The notes under the pieces: model-generated
Seen by the model: the letters and a program-made list of their open reading frames with translations, nothing else
What the model was told of the DNA's origin: nothing
Database searches by the model: none
DNA from: a virus
Taxonomy: Duplodnaviria > Caudoviricetes
Reading direction: 5' to 3' (one strand)
DNA length: 42,851 nucleotides
IMG/VR virus record: IMGVR_UViG_3300023313_000243
Span: 1-42,851 of that record
Translations under genes and position numbers: made by a program
In this document: one piece after another, positions 19,783 through 29,876 of the stretch
How positions within the stretch are numbered: position 1 is the stretch's first letter
Layout of the letters: every line of letters begins with the position of its first letter

Positions 19783-19805
19783 TTTTTAATCCTTTATTTT
19801 TCTTT

Positions 19806-19825
19806 ATTATATTATAATAACCTTA
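19806..19825 (-). promoter_or_regulatory. Putative early promoter TAAGGTTA-N6-TATAAT
   Basis: TAAGGTTATTATAATATAAT. Confidence 0.75.
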
Positions 19826-20653
19826 ATTTTTTATTATTAATTTTAAATATTTTTCAGGAGTAATATTTTTTATTTCCTTTGCTAATTCGTGAATTTGAAA
19901 ATAAGCTGAATTTGAATATCTAAGATTAAAAAAGTTTTTTAAACTTCTAAGATTAATAGTAAAAACAAGTTCTGTTTTCCAATTATCTGTAACAATAGTT
20001 TTTATAAAATCACCTACATTTCTTTTACTTTTATTTTCTTTCATTTTTTCTAAAAGTAATATTTCATTATAATCTTTATTTTTACTAAATAAATTATAAT
20101 TATCTTTTCCAAGAACTTTTGAAATAAACTCATTATTTTTATTATTTGAAATAAATAAAAGTTTATTATACATTGAGTCAATTTCAATATTAATAAAGGA
20201 AATATCTGTAATAATAAATAAATCAAGATTTTTAATTAATTTTCTAAAAGTTTCCTTTGTTTTTGAAATAATAAATATATAAATTATATCGGTCATAGTA
20301 TATCTTGTACTTTTAACTGTAAAAGAAGCAATTCTATGTCTTGAAAGTTCTTGTAAAACACCTCTTGAAATATCTTTAATATAATAGGAAAGTGAAATAT
20401 GTTCAAGAACACTATGATGAAAGTGAACCCAAGCAAGTTGATGAAGTAATTTTGAACTTTTAATATTTTTTAAATTTTCAATATTTATATTTGTTAAATT
20501 ATTTTTTAAATCCTTGATTTCTTGATTTTCAGAAAATTTAAAACTATCATAAGCAGTTCTACTAGCAAATTCAGAAACACCAAATCCAGAATGATTTAAT
20601 AAATAAACTTCTGGAGTTTTATAGGTAATATTATTTAAATTATAAGTTCTCAT
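19823..20653 (-). CDS. thyX: Flavin-dependent thymidylate synthase
   Basis: HHSVLEH, SRGVLQELSRHR..SFTVKSTRY, NLRSLKNFFNLR. Confidence 0.95.
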   Translation of the reverse strand: MRTYNLNNITYKTPEVYLLNHSGFGVSEFASRTAYDSFKFSENQEIKDLKNNLTNINIENLKNIKSSKLLHQLAWVHFHHSVLEHISLSYYIKDISRGVLQELSRHRIASFTVKSTRYTMTDIIYIFIISKTKETFRKLIKNLDLFIITDISFINIEIDSMYNKLLFISNNKNNEFISKVLGKDNYNLFSKNKDYNEILLLEKMKENKSKRNVGDFIKTIVTDNWKTELVFTINLRSLKNFFNLRYSNSAYFQIHELAKEIKNITPEKYLKLIIKN

Positions 20654-20928
20654 TAAAAGTCATTCCAAGATGATTTTGGTTTTTTAATTTCTGTTTTAAC
20701 TTCCTTTATTTCTTCTTTTGCTTTTTCTTCAACTGATTTAATAATTTTTAAAGAAGTAATTTCACTTAGTTCAGAAGATGTTTCAATTTTATTTGAAATT
20801 GTTTTAAAAAATTCTGTTTTTGAAACAAGTGAAATAGCAATATTTATTAAACTATGTCTATGAATTTCATCAATCTCAGCAAGAATTGCTAGAGATTTTG
20901 GGTCAAGTTGTATTAATTTTTCTGTCAT
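20653..20928 (-). CDS. Putative ParR-like (RHH-type) adaptor
   Basis: Small gene directly after parM; strand-helix-helix N-terminus and charged tail; the call is mostly positional. Confidence 0.5.
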   Translation of the reverse strand: MTEKLIQLDPKSLAILAEIDEIHRHSLINIAISLVSKTEFFKTISNKIETSSELSEITSLKIIKSVEEKAKEEIKEVKTEIKKPKSSWNDF

Positions 20929-20944
20929 TTTTTTCCTTTATTTT

Positions 20945-21859
20945 TTATGTTAATGAATAGCCAACACAGTTTGAAAATTCATAAGGTTCATCAACAAATG
21001 AAACATTTGGTGGAAAATCAACATCTTGTAATAAATAAGCACCACCTCCACCGATTATAACAACATCTGAAATAGCAAGTAATTTTTTATCATTTACAAG
21101 AATTGAATTAAATAATTTTTTAATAAATTGATTTTTTAAATCAGTTATTTTATTTGAAACTTCAACTTGTTCTTCTCCATTATATTTAAATTTTCCTTTT
21201 ATAAAAGTTCTAATTGCTTCTTGTTCAGAAAAGGTAATTGCAAACTTATTTTCAAGATATGAAGTAAATGGTTTAATTACACTTGAAACACCGTGACCTG
21301 GATATGATTTCATATGTTTTTTAACTGGTTTACCATCAAGAAAATAAATAAGATTAATAGTATTATAACCAAGGTCAATCGAAGCAATACTATCTGGATA
21401 GTTATTATTATTTTTTTTATTAATCCAATCAAGTATCATTCCAACACCTTGAGGAATTAAAGTTGGAACTGTTTTAATTGTATTTCCATTTACAGTTATT
21501 TCAGAAATTCTTTTAATAAATTCATCTTTTTTATCCCAATCAACCATAGCAAGTCCAGTTCTGATTTCAATTGGCTTTTCTAAATCAGAAAGTTCAAATC
21601 TATTTAAAATATGATAAATTAATAAAGGTGCAAACTTTAATAAAAATTTAAATTCACTTGTTGTAAATGATTCACTTCCAACAGCTTCACTTCCAACATA
21701 ATATTTTTCTCCTTCAAAATCATAAACATTATCAGTTCCATAATTAATTCCAACATCAGAGGAAAACGAAATTGCTGTTGGAAACTTTGATACTTTATCT
21801 CCATATTTAATCTTTGCCGAGCTATAACCCAAATCAATTGAGATTACATTTTTTTCCAT
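20945..21859 (-). CDS. parM: ParM/StbA-family actin-like ATPase
   Basis: Phosphate-1 SIDLGYSSAK, connector PQG, phosphate-2 SIDLGYNT, adenosine IGGGGA. Confidence 0.9.
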   Translation of the reverse strand: MEKNVISIDLGYSSAKIKYGDKVSKFPTAISFSSDVGINYGTDNVYDFEGEKYYVGSEAVGSESFTTSEFKFLLKFAPLLIYHILNRFELSDLEKPIEIRTGLAMVDWDKKDEFIKRISEITVNGNTIKTVPTLIPQGVGMILDWINKKNNNNYPDSIASIDLGYNTINLIYFLDGKPVKKHMKSYPGHGVSSVIKPFTSYLENKFAITFSEQEAIRTFIKGKFKYNGEEQVEVSNKITDLKNQFIKKLFNSILVNDKKLLAISDVVIIGGGGAYLLQDVDFPPNVSFVDEPYEFSNCVGYSLT

Positions 21860-21881
21860 AATTATCCTTTATTTTTAATAT

Positions 21882-21973
21882 ATATAATTATATTACATAG
21901 TTACTTAACTTTTTAAAGTTTATAAATATAATTATATGTAATATACAAAAGTTAAGTAAAAATATGTTATAAT
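21882..21973. promoter_or_regulatory. Divergent promoter region with a 13-bp inverted repeat and two ATATAATTATAT palindromes (candidate operator/parC)
   Basis: TTACTTAACTTTT 21901-21913 / AAAAGTTAAGTAA 21947-21959; palindromes at 21882-21893 and 21926-21937; TATAAT on both strands. Confidence 0.6.
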
Positions 21974-22014
21974 ATGCTTAAATAAATTAATATAAATATA
22001 ATAAAGGAGAAATT

Positions 22015-23829
22015 ATGAACATTAAAACAATTGAAAGATATTCAAATAAAACTAAAAAGTTAGTAAAAAAGGTAAATATAATTCCTTATCCAGCATTTTT
22101 AGAAGAAAATAAAAAAGAATTAAAAGAATTATTAACAACAAATAAAAGAATAATAACATTTTTAGATTTTTATAGAGTAGTTCTATTTTCAGTAAATACA
22201 AATAAAAATATAGAATTTAAAAATATATTACTAAGTAAAAATTATTTATTTAAACATATTAGATTTTTAACAACAAAAAAACATCATATTCAATTAAGAG
22301 AAATTCTTTTATATACAATTCATAAAGGAAATTCTCTTGATAAATTAGGTGCAAGTGCTTATTCAAGTAAACTTGAAGAATTTTTACTTTCAAAAGATGA
22401 AAATAAAAAAGCAAAAACATCATATTCAAAAGAAAGAAAAATAATAAAATTAATAAAAGATTTTTTAAATGATGAAATAACATATAAAGAAGTAAATGAA
22501 TTTTATAATGATAAAAAAATAAAAGTTAAACTTGAACCAATTGAAATTTCAAATATTAAATCAGAACAAGTTGCTTTTAAAAATAAACATGCTAAAACAA
22601 AACCAACAGTTTCAACAATAGAAAAAATATATTTAAATCAAGAAATATTATTAACAATTGAAGAAAAAATAATGAGTTATAATAAATTACTTGAAAACAA
22701 AATAATGTATTCAAAAAAAATTGTTCACGGATTATCTTTATTAGAAAAAATGGTAGATAATATTAATAAAAATGATTTTAGTCTTTCTTTACAAATGAAT
22801 ACTTCAATTTCAAATGGAAGAATTTATAATTTAATAACTTCACTTCCTGGAACTGTAAGAAAACAAATATTTAATGAACATCTTCATCTTGATATTACAA
22901 ATACTGCTTTTGTAACACTTAGAAATAAATATAAAAATTTTAATTTACCTGCTTTTGATTATTATATTAATAATAGACAAAAGGTAATTCAAGAACTTGC
23001 TGATAAAGTTTATTTAAGATTATATAATATTAGAATAAACAATAAACCTCTAAATAGAAGAAAAGATAAATATATAAAAATTAAAGGTTATTTAAAAATA
23101 AATTTTCTTAAAATTATATTTGGCTCACAATTAAATTCTGAATTTTCAAGATGTAATGGAGAGGAAGAAAGATTAGTTATGGGTGAATTAAGAGACGGAG
23201 TTTTTGGAAAAGCAATGAAAAGAGATGTTTTAACCTTAATAAAAATAAATAAAAAAAATAAGTTAGATGAAAATCTTTCAAATATTTTTATGAAAGTAGA
23301 AACTCAAATAATGACAGAATTAGAATGTATTTTTAGAAAATATAATAATGATTCAGATATTTTTATTTTAAGAATTCATGACGAAATTATTGTTGATAAT
23401 AAAATCTATGGATTTGGAATTAAAAAAGAATTAAAAGACTTATTAAAAAGATATAATATTAAAATACCTGGAATAAGAAAGGTAAGAGAAGATGAAGATT
23501 TAAAAATAAATAATAAAAAATTATTAAATAATCTATATTCAGCAATATATAGATTAAAAGAAACAGATCTAATTGATAATCTTAAATTTAAAACAAATAA
23601 AGAAAGAATAATAATAATAAATAATTTTAAAACTAATTCAGATTTTTTAGAAAATATATTAAATGAAGTATTATTATTATTAGAACTTTTAGATGAAAAA
23701 TTAATAAGCGAAATAAACTTTAGTTTTAAAAGAGAAAATATTCAAAATCATAATATTGTTAATTATATTGAAACAAGTGAAGAAATAATTATTATAACAG
23801 AAGAAGATAGGTTCTGGGCTGAATGGTAA
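22015..23829 (+). CDS. Divergent family-A / T7-RNAP-superfamily polymerase-like protein (no exonuclease recognised); candidate replication initiator or primase-polymerase
   Basis: Ordered motifs SNGRIY..ITSLP..VR, LHLDITNT (A), K...K..FL.IIFG (B), LRIHDEIIV (C). Confidence 0.7.
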   Translation: MNIKTIERYSNKTKKLVKKVNIIPYPAFLEENKKELKELLTTNKRIITFLDFYRVVLFSVNTNKNIEFKNILLSKNYLFKHIRFLTTKKHHIQLREILLYTIHKGNSLDKLGASAYSSKLEEFLLSKDENKKAKTSYSKERKIIKLIKDFLNDEITYKEVNEFYNDKKIKVKLEPIEISNIKSEQVAFKNKHAKTKPTVSTIEKIYLNQEILLTIEEKIMSYNKLLENKIMYSKKIVHGLSLLEKMVDNINKNDFSLSLQMNTSISNGRIYNLITSLPGTVRKQIFNEHLHLDITNTAFVTLRNKYKNFNLPAFDYYINNRQKVIQELADKVYLRLYNIRINNKPLNRRKDKYIKIKGYLKINFLKIIFGSQLNSEFSRCNGEEERLVMGELRDGVFGKAMKRDVLTLIKINKKNKLDENLSNIFMKVETQIMTELECIFRKYNNDSDIFILRIHDEIIVDNKIYGFGIKKELKDLLKRYNIKIPGIRKVREDEDLKINNKKLLNNLYSAIYRLKETDLIDNLKFKTNKERIIIINNFKTNSDFLENILNEVLLLLELLDEKLISEINFSFKRENIQNHNIVNYIETSEEIIIITEEDRFWAEW

Positions 23830-23905
23830 AATAAAAAAAAAAATAATAAAAAACTTAAAGACATAGTTCTGTACTTTCAGGAAAATAACTTAACTTTTCC
23901 TAATC

Positions 23906-24028
23906 AATATCATCTTTTCTAACCTAAAAATCAATAATATCATCTTTTCTAACCTAAAAATCAATAATATCATCTTTTCTAACCTAAAAATCAATAATAT
24001 CATCTTTTCAAACCTAAAAATCAATAAT
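23906..24028. repeat. 4 x 30-bp tandem repeat (iteron-like)
   Basis: AATATCATCTTTTCTAACCTAAAAATCAAT at 23906, 23936, 23966 and 23996 (one mismatch in the last). Confidence 0.95.
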
Positions 24029-24100
24029 TCTTATATCAATGGTATCACTATTGATATTATATTATATATATTTTTCTCCCTTTGTTTGGCCATTATATAG

Positions 24101-24318
<218 letters not shown>

Positions 24319-24322
24319 AAAA

Positions 24323-25276
24323 CTAAAGATCAATTAATTCTAATAATAATTTATCTGTTTTATTTTTATTTCCAAATTCTGGAAGTTTTGAAGTAATAAT
24401 TAATTTATCAACTCTTTTTAAAATTTCTTCAACTTCTGTTATTATTATTTCAGCAGAAATTTTTCCTTCTTTTACTTCTTTTAATTTATCTTTTTTCTTA
24501 GACGGAAAATATATAAAATTTGAAAGAAGTAATTCCTCTGCTTGATATGCTATTCTAAGTGTATGATATAGTGATTTAAAATCAGTATCTGATAGTGATG
24601 CTTTTTTAGTTCTATCTCCAAATTGTTTAAATAAAATATTTAATCTTTCTTTAAAATATTCAGTTTTAATATTTTCACTAAACTGTTTTCCTAATATAAA
24701 TATATATTCCTCTGATTTATTAAACTTAATATAATTAAAATTTCTTGTTTTAATTAAAGATTTAATAAATTTAAATGAAAGTTTTTCTGTTTTTATTGTT
24801 TCTATTAATTTAATAAAAACACTTAATTCCTTATATCTTTCTCCTTTAATTCCAAACTTTTTAGTATGATTTAATGAATATCCAATAAAAGATTTCATAT
24901 TTTTATTTAAAAAATATTTATAATTTTCTTTTAAAAGATTTAAAAATTTATTATTTGACATTATTATATTATTATTATTAAACATAGAAAATAATAAATC
25001 AATTGCATTTGTTTCTGATTTTAATAATAAATTAAAAAAGCGATGAATTGAATAAATAGTAATATCAATATCATCTTTTGAATTTTTCTTATTATTATTA
25101 TTATTAGTAAAAACAGATATATCTTCTTTTAATAATATTGATATTTTAGTTGGAATAAAAATTCCAAAATAATCAGTATCAGAATTTTTAGTATTTGTCC
25201 CAACTAATTTTGAACCAGAAGTTGAAATATAAACAATTTCTCCGTGTTTAAAATCTTTAATAAATTTATTTATCAT
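24323..25276 (-). CDS. Pol-beta-superfamily nucleotidyltransferase (Nuc-transf / RlaP-like)
   Basis: SGSKLVGTNTKNSDTDYFGIF; D.KSLYHTLRI....ELL. Confidence 0.85.
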   Translation of the reverse strand: MINKFIKDFKHGEIVYISTSGSKLVGTNTKNSDTDYFGIFIPTKISILLKEDISVFTNNNNNKKNSKDDIDITIYSIHRFFNLLLKSETNAIDLLFSMFNNNNIIMSNNKFLNLLKENYKYFLNKNMKSFIGYSLNHTKKFGIKGERYKELSVFIKLIETIKTEKLSFKFIKSLIKTRNFNYIKFNKSEEYIFILGKQFSENIKTEYFKERLNILFKQFGDRTKKASLSDTDFKSLYHTLRIAYQAEELLLSNFIYFPSKKKDKLKEVKEGKISAEIIITEVEEILKRVDKLIITSKLPEFGNKNKTDKLLLELIDL

Positions 25277-25433
25277 AATTAAATCCTTTTATAAATGCCG
25301 TTATTTCTTTTTTTGATGTTGCTTGAAAAATAACAATATTATCTTTATGTGATATTACTGTAAAATCAACTCCATTAAAATCAATATAATATCTATTTTT
25401 AATTAGAAAGTTTTTATATAATTCATGTAGCAT
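25266..25433 (-). CDS. Unannotated 55-aa hypothetical protein
   Basis: Hand-translated MLHELYKNF...FIKGFNYDK*; RBS and promoter motif upstream. Confidence 0.7.
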   Translation of the reverse strand: MLHELYKNFLIKNRYYIDFNGVDFTVISHKDNIVIFQATSKKEITAFIKGFNYDK

Positions 25434-25454
25434 ATATTTAATTCCTTTTTATTT

Positions 25455-25474
25455 ATTATATATCTTTAACCTTA
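25455..25474 (-). promoter_or_regulatory. Putative early promoter TAAGGTTA-N6-TATAAT
   Basis: TAAGGTTAAAGATATATAAT. Confidence 0.7.
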
Positions 25475-25480
25475 TAAATA
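25473..25480 (+). promoter_or_regulatory. T4-type late promoter TATAAATA
   Basis: Directly upstream of the terminase gene. Confidence 0.65.
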
Positions 25481-25504
25481 AATTAAAAACAAGGAATTAA
25501 ATAT

Positions 25505-27700
25505 ATGTTTAGTAAATTTGACTTAACTGGAAAAACTGGAATTTTTGATCAACTTTCTGTTTTAAAAGGAAAGGAATTAGAAAATAAAGAAAAAAATAAA
25601 TTATTTAAAATGATTGATATAAAAAAAAATAATGAAGGATATTATCTTGATGCATTTGAAAATCCTATTTCTTTTAATGGAATTAAAGGTTTAAAAAGAA
25701 GTAATATTAAATTAAAATTACAGGAAATTCATAAAAACGAATTAAAAATATGTAAAAATGATTATAAATATTTTAGACGAAATTATTGTAAAATTAAAAC
25801 AAAAGAAGGAATTTCAAGACCAGAACCAAGGGATTATCAAGAAAGAGCTGAAGATGCACTTTTAAAAGGAAATGATACTGTTTTATTTTTTCCTAGACAA
25901 TGTATTTATAAAGATACAGAATTAAATATTAATAAAAATAAAACAATAAAAATAAGTGATTTATATAATAACTATAAAAATAAAGAAGTTTTAAATGAAA
26001 ATAATTTATTTAAATCATTTATATATCTCGCTGAAAATAATATAAAAATCAATACACCAACTGGATATAAAAATATTACATTTATTTATAAAACAAAAAA
26101 GTTATCATTATTTGAAATTATACTTGAAAATGGATTAAGTTTAATTGGTAGTAAAAATCATGTTATAATTGATAAAAATAAAAATCAGGTTTTTTTAAAA
26201 GACTCAATTAATAAGGAAATAATTACAAATAAAGGAATTTCAAAAGTAATTAAAGTTATTGATTTAAAAAGAGAAGATTATTTATATGATATTAGTTTAA
26301 ATGATATTGATGAATTATATTATTCAAATGGAATTTTAAGTCATAATTCGGGAAAAACAGTAACAATAGCAACATATTTATTATGGAAAGCACTTTTTGA
26401 AAAAAATGTATATATAGGAATTTCTGCTAATGTTCTTACCTTAGCAAAAGAAGTTCTTGATAAAATTAAAAAAATATATTTTGAGTTACCAATTTGGTTA
26501 ATGCAAGGACTTCAAGGTTGGAATAAAAACTCAATTGAACTTGAAAATGGAACAAGAGTTATGATTGCTGCAAGTAATGGAGATGCTTTTAGAGGTTTTT
26601 CGATGAATTATGTTTATACAGATGAAGTAGGGTTTATATCGGCGAATGAATGGGCTGAATATATTGATTCAGTAATGCCATCAATGTCAGCAATTCCTGG
26701 TTCACAAGCAATTTATAGTAGTACTGCTGCAGGATTAAATCACTTTTATCATCTTGTTAATGATGCAAGAACTTCCTCTGTTACAAATCTTGTTGAAGCA
26801 TCTTGGGAAGAAGTTCCAAGATTTAAAAAAGATGGAACAACAAAAACAAATAAAGAATTTAAAAATGAAATTGTTGAAAAATATGGAGAATTATATTTTG
26901 CGCAGAATTATGGAAATTCATTTCTCGGAAGTTCATCAACTTTAATTACAGGTGATGCTTTAAAATCAATTAAAGTTATGTCAGATGATTTAATAATTTT
27001 TAATTCTCTATTTAATGGACTTAAAATATTTGAAGAACCAAAATTAAATCATTATTATGTTGTTTCACTTGATCCAAAAAAAGAGGGAATTGATAATGCA
27101 TCAATACAGGTAATTGATGTTACAAATCTTCCTTTTAAGCAAGTAGCAACTGCTTCTCTTAATGAATCATTTATGTCACTTCCGGGAAAATTATTTGATA
27201 TTGGAAATTATTATAATCTTGCACTTGTAATAGTTGAAAATAATATCGGAGAATCAATTCCATCAACTTTATTTTATAATTATGAATATGAGGGAGAGGT
27301 ATTTATTGAAACAGGAAAAAACGGAAAAGCAAAAAAAGAAATGGGTTTTAGAACAACAGTAAAAACAAAAAGGCAAATTCTAACACTTTTAAAAAAATTA
27401 ATTGAAACAGGAAATTTAATAATTAATGATATTGAAACTCTTGAGGAATTATTTACTTTTATTGAAAAGCCAAATGGAACCTTTTCAGCCGAAGGAAGTT
27501 ATCACGATGATAGAGTAATGGCACTTGCTGTTTCACTTGCTCCATTTACTCAATTTAAAAACTTTGAAGATTTTAAAGGTTTTAATGAATATCTTGAAAA
27601 GAAAAAACAAAATCAGGAAGAAAAGGAGATTGAAACTATTGAATTTCTTGATCTTGGTTTTTCTGATTTTATGGAAGATGAAGATTATAAATATTTTTAA
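25505..27700 (+). CDS. terL: Terminase large subunit (T4 gp17-like) with intein
   Basis: PRDYQ, PRQ//SGKT Walker A, YTDEVGF Walker B, nuclease VVSLD...HDDRVMALA. Confidence 0.95.
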   Translation: MFSKFDLTGKTGIFDQLSVLKGKELENKEKNKLFKMIDIKKNNEGYYLDAFENPISFNGIKGLKRSNIKLKLQEIHKNELKICKNDYKYFRRNYCKIKTKEGISRPEPRDYQERAEDALLKGNDTVLFFPRQCIYKDTELNINKNKTIKISDLYNNYKNKEVLNENNLFKSFIYLAENNIKINTPTGYKNITFIYKTKKLSLFEIILENGLSLIGSKNHVIIDKNKNQVFLKDSINKEIITNKGISKVIKVIDLKREDYLYDISLNDIDELYYSNGILSHNSGKTVTIATYLLWKALFEKNVYIGISANVLTLAKEVLDKIKKIYFELPIWLMQGLQGWNKNSIELENGTRVMIAASNGDAFRGFSMNYVYTDEVGFISANEWAEYIDSVMPSMSAIPGSQAIYSSTAAGLNHFYHLVNDARTSSVTNLVEASWEEVPRFKKDGTTKTNKEFKNEIVEKYGELYFAQNYGNSFLGSSSTLITGDALKSIKVMSDDLIIFNSLFNGLKIFEEPKLNHYYVVSLDPKKEGIDNASIQVIDVTNLPFKQVATASLNESFMSLPGKLFDIGNYYNLALVIVENNIGESIPSTLFYNYEYEGEVFIETGKNGKAKKEMGFRTTVKTKRQILTLLKKLIETGNLIINDIETLEELFTFIEKPNGTFSAEGSYHDDRVMALAVSLAPFTQFKNFEDFKGFNEYLEKKKQNQEEKEIETIEFLDLGFSDFMEDEDYKYF
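25901..26347 (+). mobile_element. 149-aa mini-intein in the terminase Walker A motif
   Basis: Starts CIYKDT, block B GSKNH, ends YYSNGILSHN followed by Ser; too short for an endonuclease domain. Confidence 0.9.
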
Positions 27701-27711
27701 AGGAGATTAAT

Positions 27712-28365
27712 ATGAATTTTAATTATAGTACAGATGAAAGTCATAATCCAGAATATAATTTATATGGAAATATTACAGAAGAAATGATAAATTTATATGG
27801 AATTAATATTAAATATTTAATAACAGCAAAAATAAATCAAGATGAAATATTTGGAGAAAGTCAATATATTAAGGTAAATAATTCAAATGTTTTTTCATTT
27901 TTTATTTATCCCCAAGACTCAACTGCTTTTGATGGAGATGATTCAATTTATTCTAAATTTGGATTACAAAATCTTGATGGAATGACTATTTTTATTTCAA
28001 GAAATTCATTTGAATTAGTTCATTCAGAACTCGTTAATAAAAATCAATCAGTAGAAATAAATAATATTCCAATTGGTAATCTAATTATTTTTAATTCAAA
28101 TAAAATAATGGAAATAACTGGTTTTGAACTTAGTTCAGCTGATTTTGGTCATAATAATGTTTTTGATTCAAAACTTACTAAAAATGTTTATAAATTAACT
28201 TTAAAATCTTATATTCCTAATAGAGATGATTATTCGGAAACAGAAGATATAACAACAGATTATAAAGATTTTGGTAATCTTGAATCAGAATTTAATATAA
28301 AAGATAATATTACAAATATTTCAACAAAAATTAAAACAACAAATCCTTTTGGTGATCTTGGTTAA
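27712..28365 (+). CDS. Neck/head completion protein (T4 gp14-like)
   Basis: EMINLYG..IKYL...DEIFGE, SKFGL, C-terminal NPFG. Confidence 0.8.
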   Translation: MNFNYSTDESHNPEYNLYGNITEEMINLYGINIKYLITAKINQDEIFGESQYIKVNNSNVFSFFIYPQDSTAFDGDDSIYSKFGLQNLDGMTIFISRNSFELVHSELVNKNQSVEINNIPIGNLIIFNSNKIMEITGFELSSADFGHNNVFDSKLTKNVYKLTLKSYIPNRDDYSETEDITTDYKDFGNLESEFNIKDNITNISTKIKTTNPFGDLG

Positions 28366-28621
28366 TTTTTTCTATTAAAAGTTTTTTCTGAATTAAATTT
28401 AAAGTTTTTGGTTTTATTTTTCTTATAATATTTCCATTTACTTTTTTTAAATATTTTATTTTATTTAATTTAATAAGAACTGGAAATAAATTTATTTCAT
28501 TTTTATTTATTTCCTTACTTATACATTCCTCTTTTAAACAAATAGCATAATCTTTAAAATTTCCTATATGTTCTCTTAATTTTCCATTTATTTTATAAAA
28601 TCTTGATTTTTTTAAAAGCAT
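28331..28621 (-). CDS. Hypothetical protein
   Basis: ORF track; fills the gap. Confidence 0.55.
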   Translation of the reverse strand: MLLKKSRFYKINGKLREHIGNFKDYAICLKEECISKEINKNEINLFPVLIKLNKIKYLKKVNGNIIRKIKPKTLNLIQKKLLIEKINQDHQKDLLF

Positions 28622-29048
28622 TTCTTTTTACTAACCTTTTTAAATTCATTTCTTTTTTATATAAAAATAAACTAATATCATTATATATTTTAATTTGATT
28701 TTTAGAAATAGTTGAATTATTTATTCTTTTCCAATAAGTACTATAAATTTCTTTTTTATCAAAATTAAATTCTTTTTTATAATATTTAGTCCAATCAACT
28801 AAATATATTCCTATATTTTTTCTTCTATTATATTGATAAAAATATTCTTCAAAATCACTTATTTTAATAAGTATATCTGTTTCTTCTTTAAATTCTCTTA
28901 TTGCACAATTACTTATATTTTCATTTTTATTTATTTTACCTTTAAAAAAATTTAATTTAGAATTTTCAGAGGTTTTATTTAATAAAATATAATATAGATT
29001 ATTTATTATAAGATATGGACAAATTCCATAAGAATTAACTTTTTTCAT
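28593..29048 (-). CDS. NUDIX hydrolase
   Basis: Nudix box G-x5-E-x7-REFKEETDI. Confidence 0.9.
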   Translation of the reverse strand: MKKVNSYGICPYLIINNLYYILLNKTSENSKLNFFKGKINKNENISNCAIREFKEETDILIKISDFEEYFYQYNRRKNIGIYLVDWTKYYKKEFNFDKKEIYSTYWKRINNSTISKNQIKIYNDISLFLYKKEMNLKRLVKRNAFKKIKIL

Positions 29049-29113
29049 TTAATTTATATATATCCGGATGAAATAAATATTTATTTTTACATTTTTTAAA
29101 TAGTTTTTTTATT

Positions 29114-29836
29114 TTATTTATCAAGTTTTTCTCCTTTTTTATATTTACTTATAATTAATTTCACATTTTCTTCTAAAAAACTTAATTCTTTTATAATAAA
29201 ACTTTTAAATCTTGTTCTTTTTATACAATCTTTATTTAAATATTCTTCTTTTTTAATAAATATTCCATATTTATATTTATTATTTATTAAATTCCAATCT
29301 TTATCAGTTTTTATTAAACAAAATTCAATTCTTTCATCTGAGTTTTTATTCATCAAATTTTTATGATTACAATAAGTTCCAGCAAAAGCACTTTTTGAAT
29401 TTCTAATACAATCTCTATATCTCCATAAAATACTATTAAATACTTCACTTTCATCTTTAATTCCAAATACTCTAGCATCAAACCAAGCAAGAGTTTTATT
29501 ATTTAAATAATAATTAAATCTAATTGAAGTAAAAGAAGCAATTAAACTAACTATTTTTTGTATTCTTCCAGAATAAATATGATTTTCACTTTGTTTATTT
29601 AAAATTAGTGTTATTTCATCTGACTGTGTATAACCAGTAATCGCATTAAATTCTTTACAAAGATCAATTGTTGTTTTTTCCATCGCATTTGAAAAGTTTT
29701 CATCAAATGGTTTTTTAAAATTCTTTGTAAACTTTGAAAATCCATGTCCATCAATTCTTATAATTATAAAATTATCTTTATCTATTTTTCTTTCAAATTC
29801 TTTCTCATAATTTTTTAATCTATCTCCTAATTTCAT
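29114..29836 (-). CDS. tRNA(His) guanylyltransferase Thg1-like protein
   Basis: IRIDGHGFSKFT, GYTQSDEITL, GRIQK, FDAR. Confidence 0.95.
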   Translation of the reverse strand: MKLGDRLKNYEKEFERKIDKDNFIIIRIDGHGFSKFTKNFKKPFDENFSNAMEKTTIDLCKEFNAITGYTQSDEITLILNKQSENHIYSGRIQKIVSLIASFTSIRFNYYLNNKTLAWFDARVFGIKDESEVFNSILWRYRDCIRNSKSAFAGTYCNHKNLMNKNSDERIEFCLIKTDKDWNLINNKYKYGIFIKKEEYLNKDCIKRTRFKSFIIKELSFLEENVKLIISKYKKGEKLDK

Positions 29837-29856
29837 AATTAAATCCTTTTTTATTT

Positions 29857-29876
29857 ATTATATACTATTAACCTTA
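29857..29876 (-). promoter_or_regulatory. Putative early promoter TAAGGTTA-N6-TATAAT
   Basis: TAAGGTTAATAGTATATAAT. Confidence 0.75.

Noticed and set aside
16349-22483. ORFs 16349..16555, 18865..19182, 21637..21837 and 22259..22483
   Set aside because: Overlap stronger genes; no motifs.
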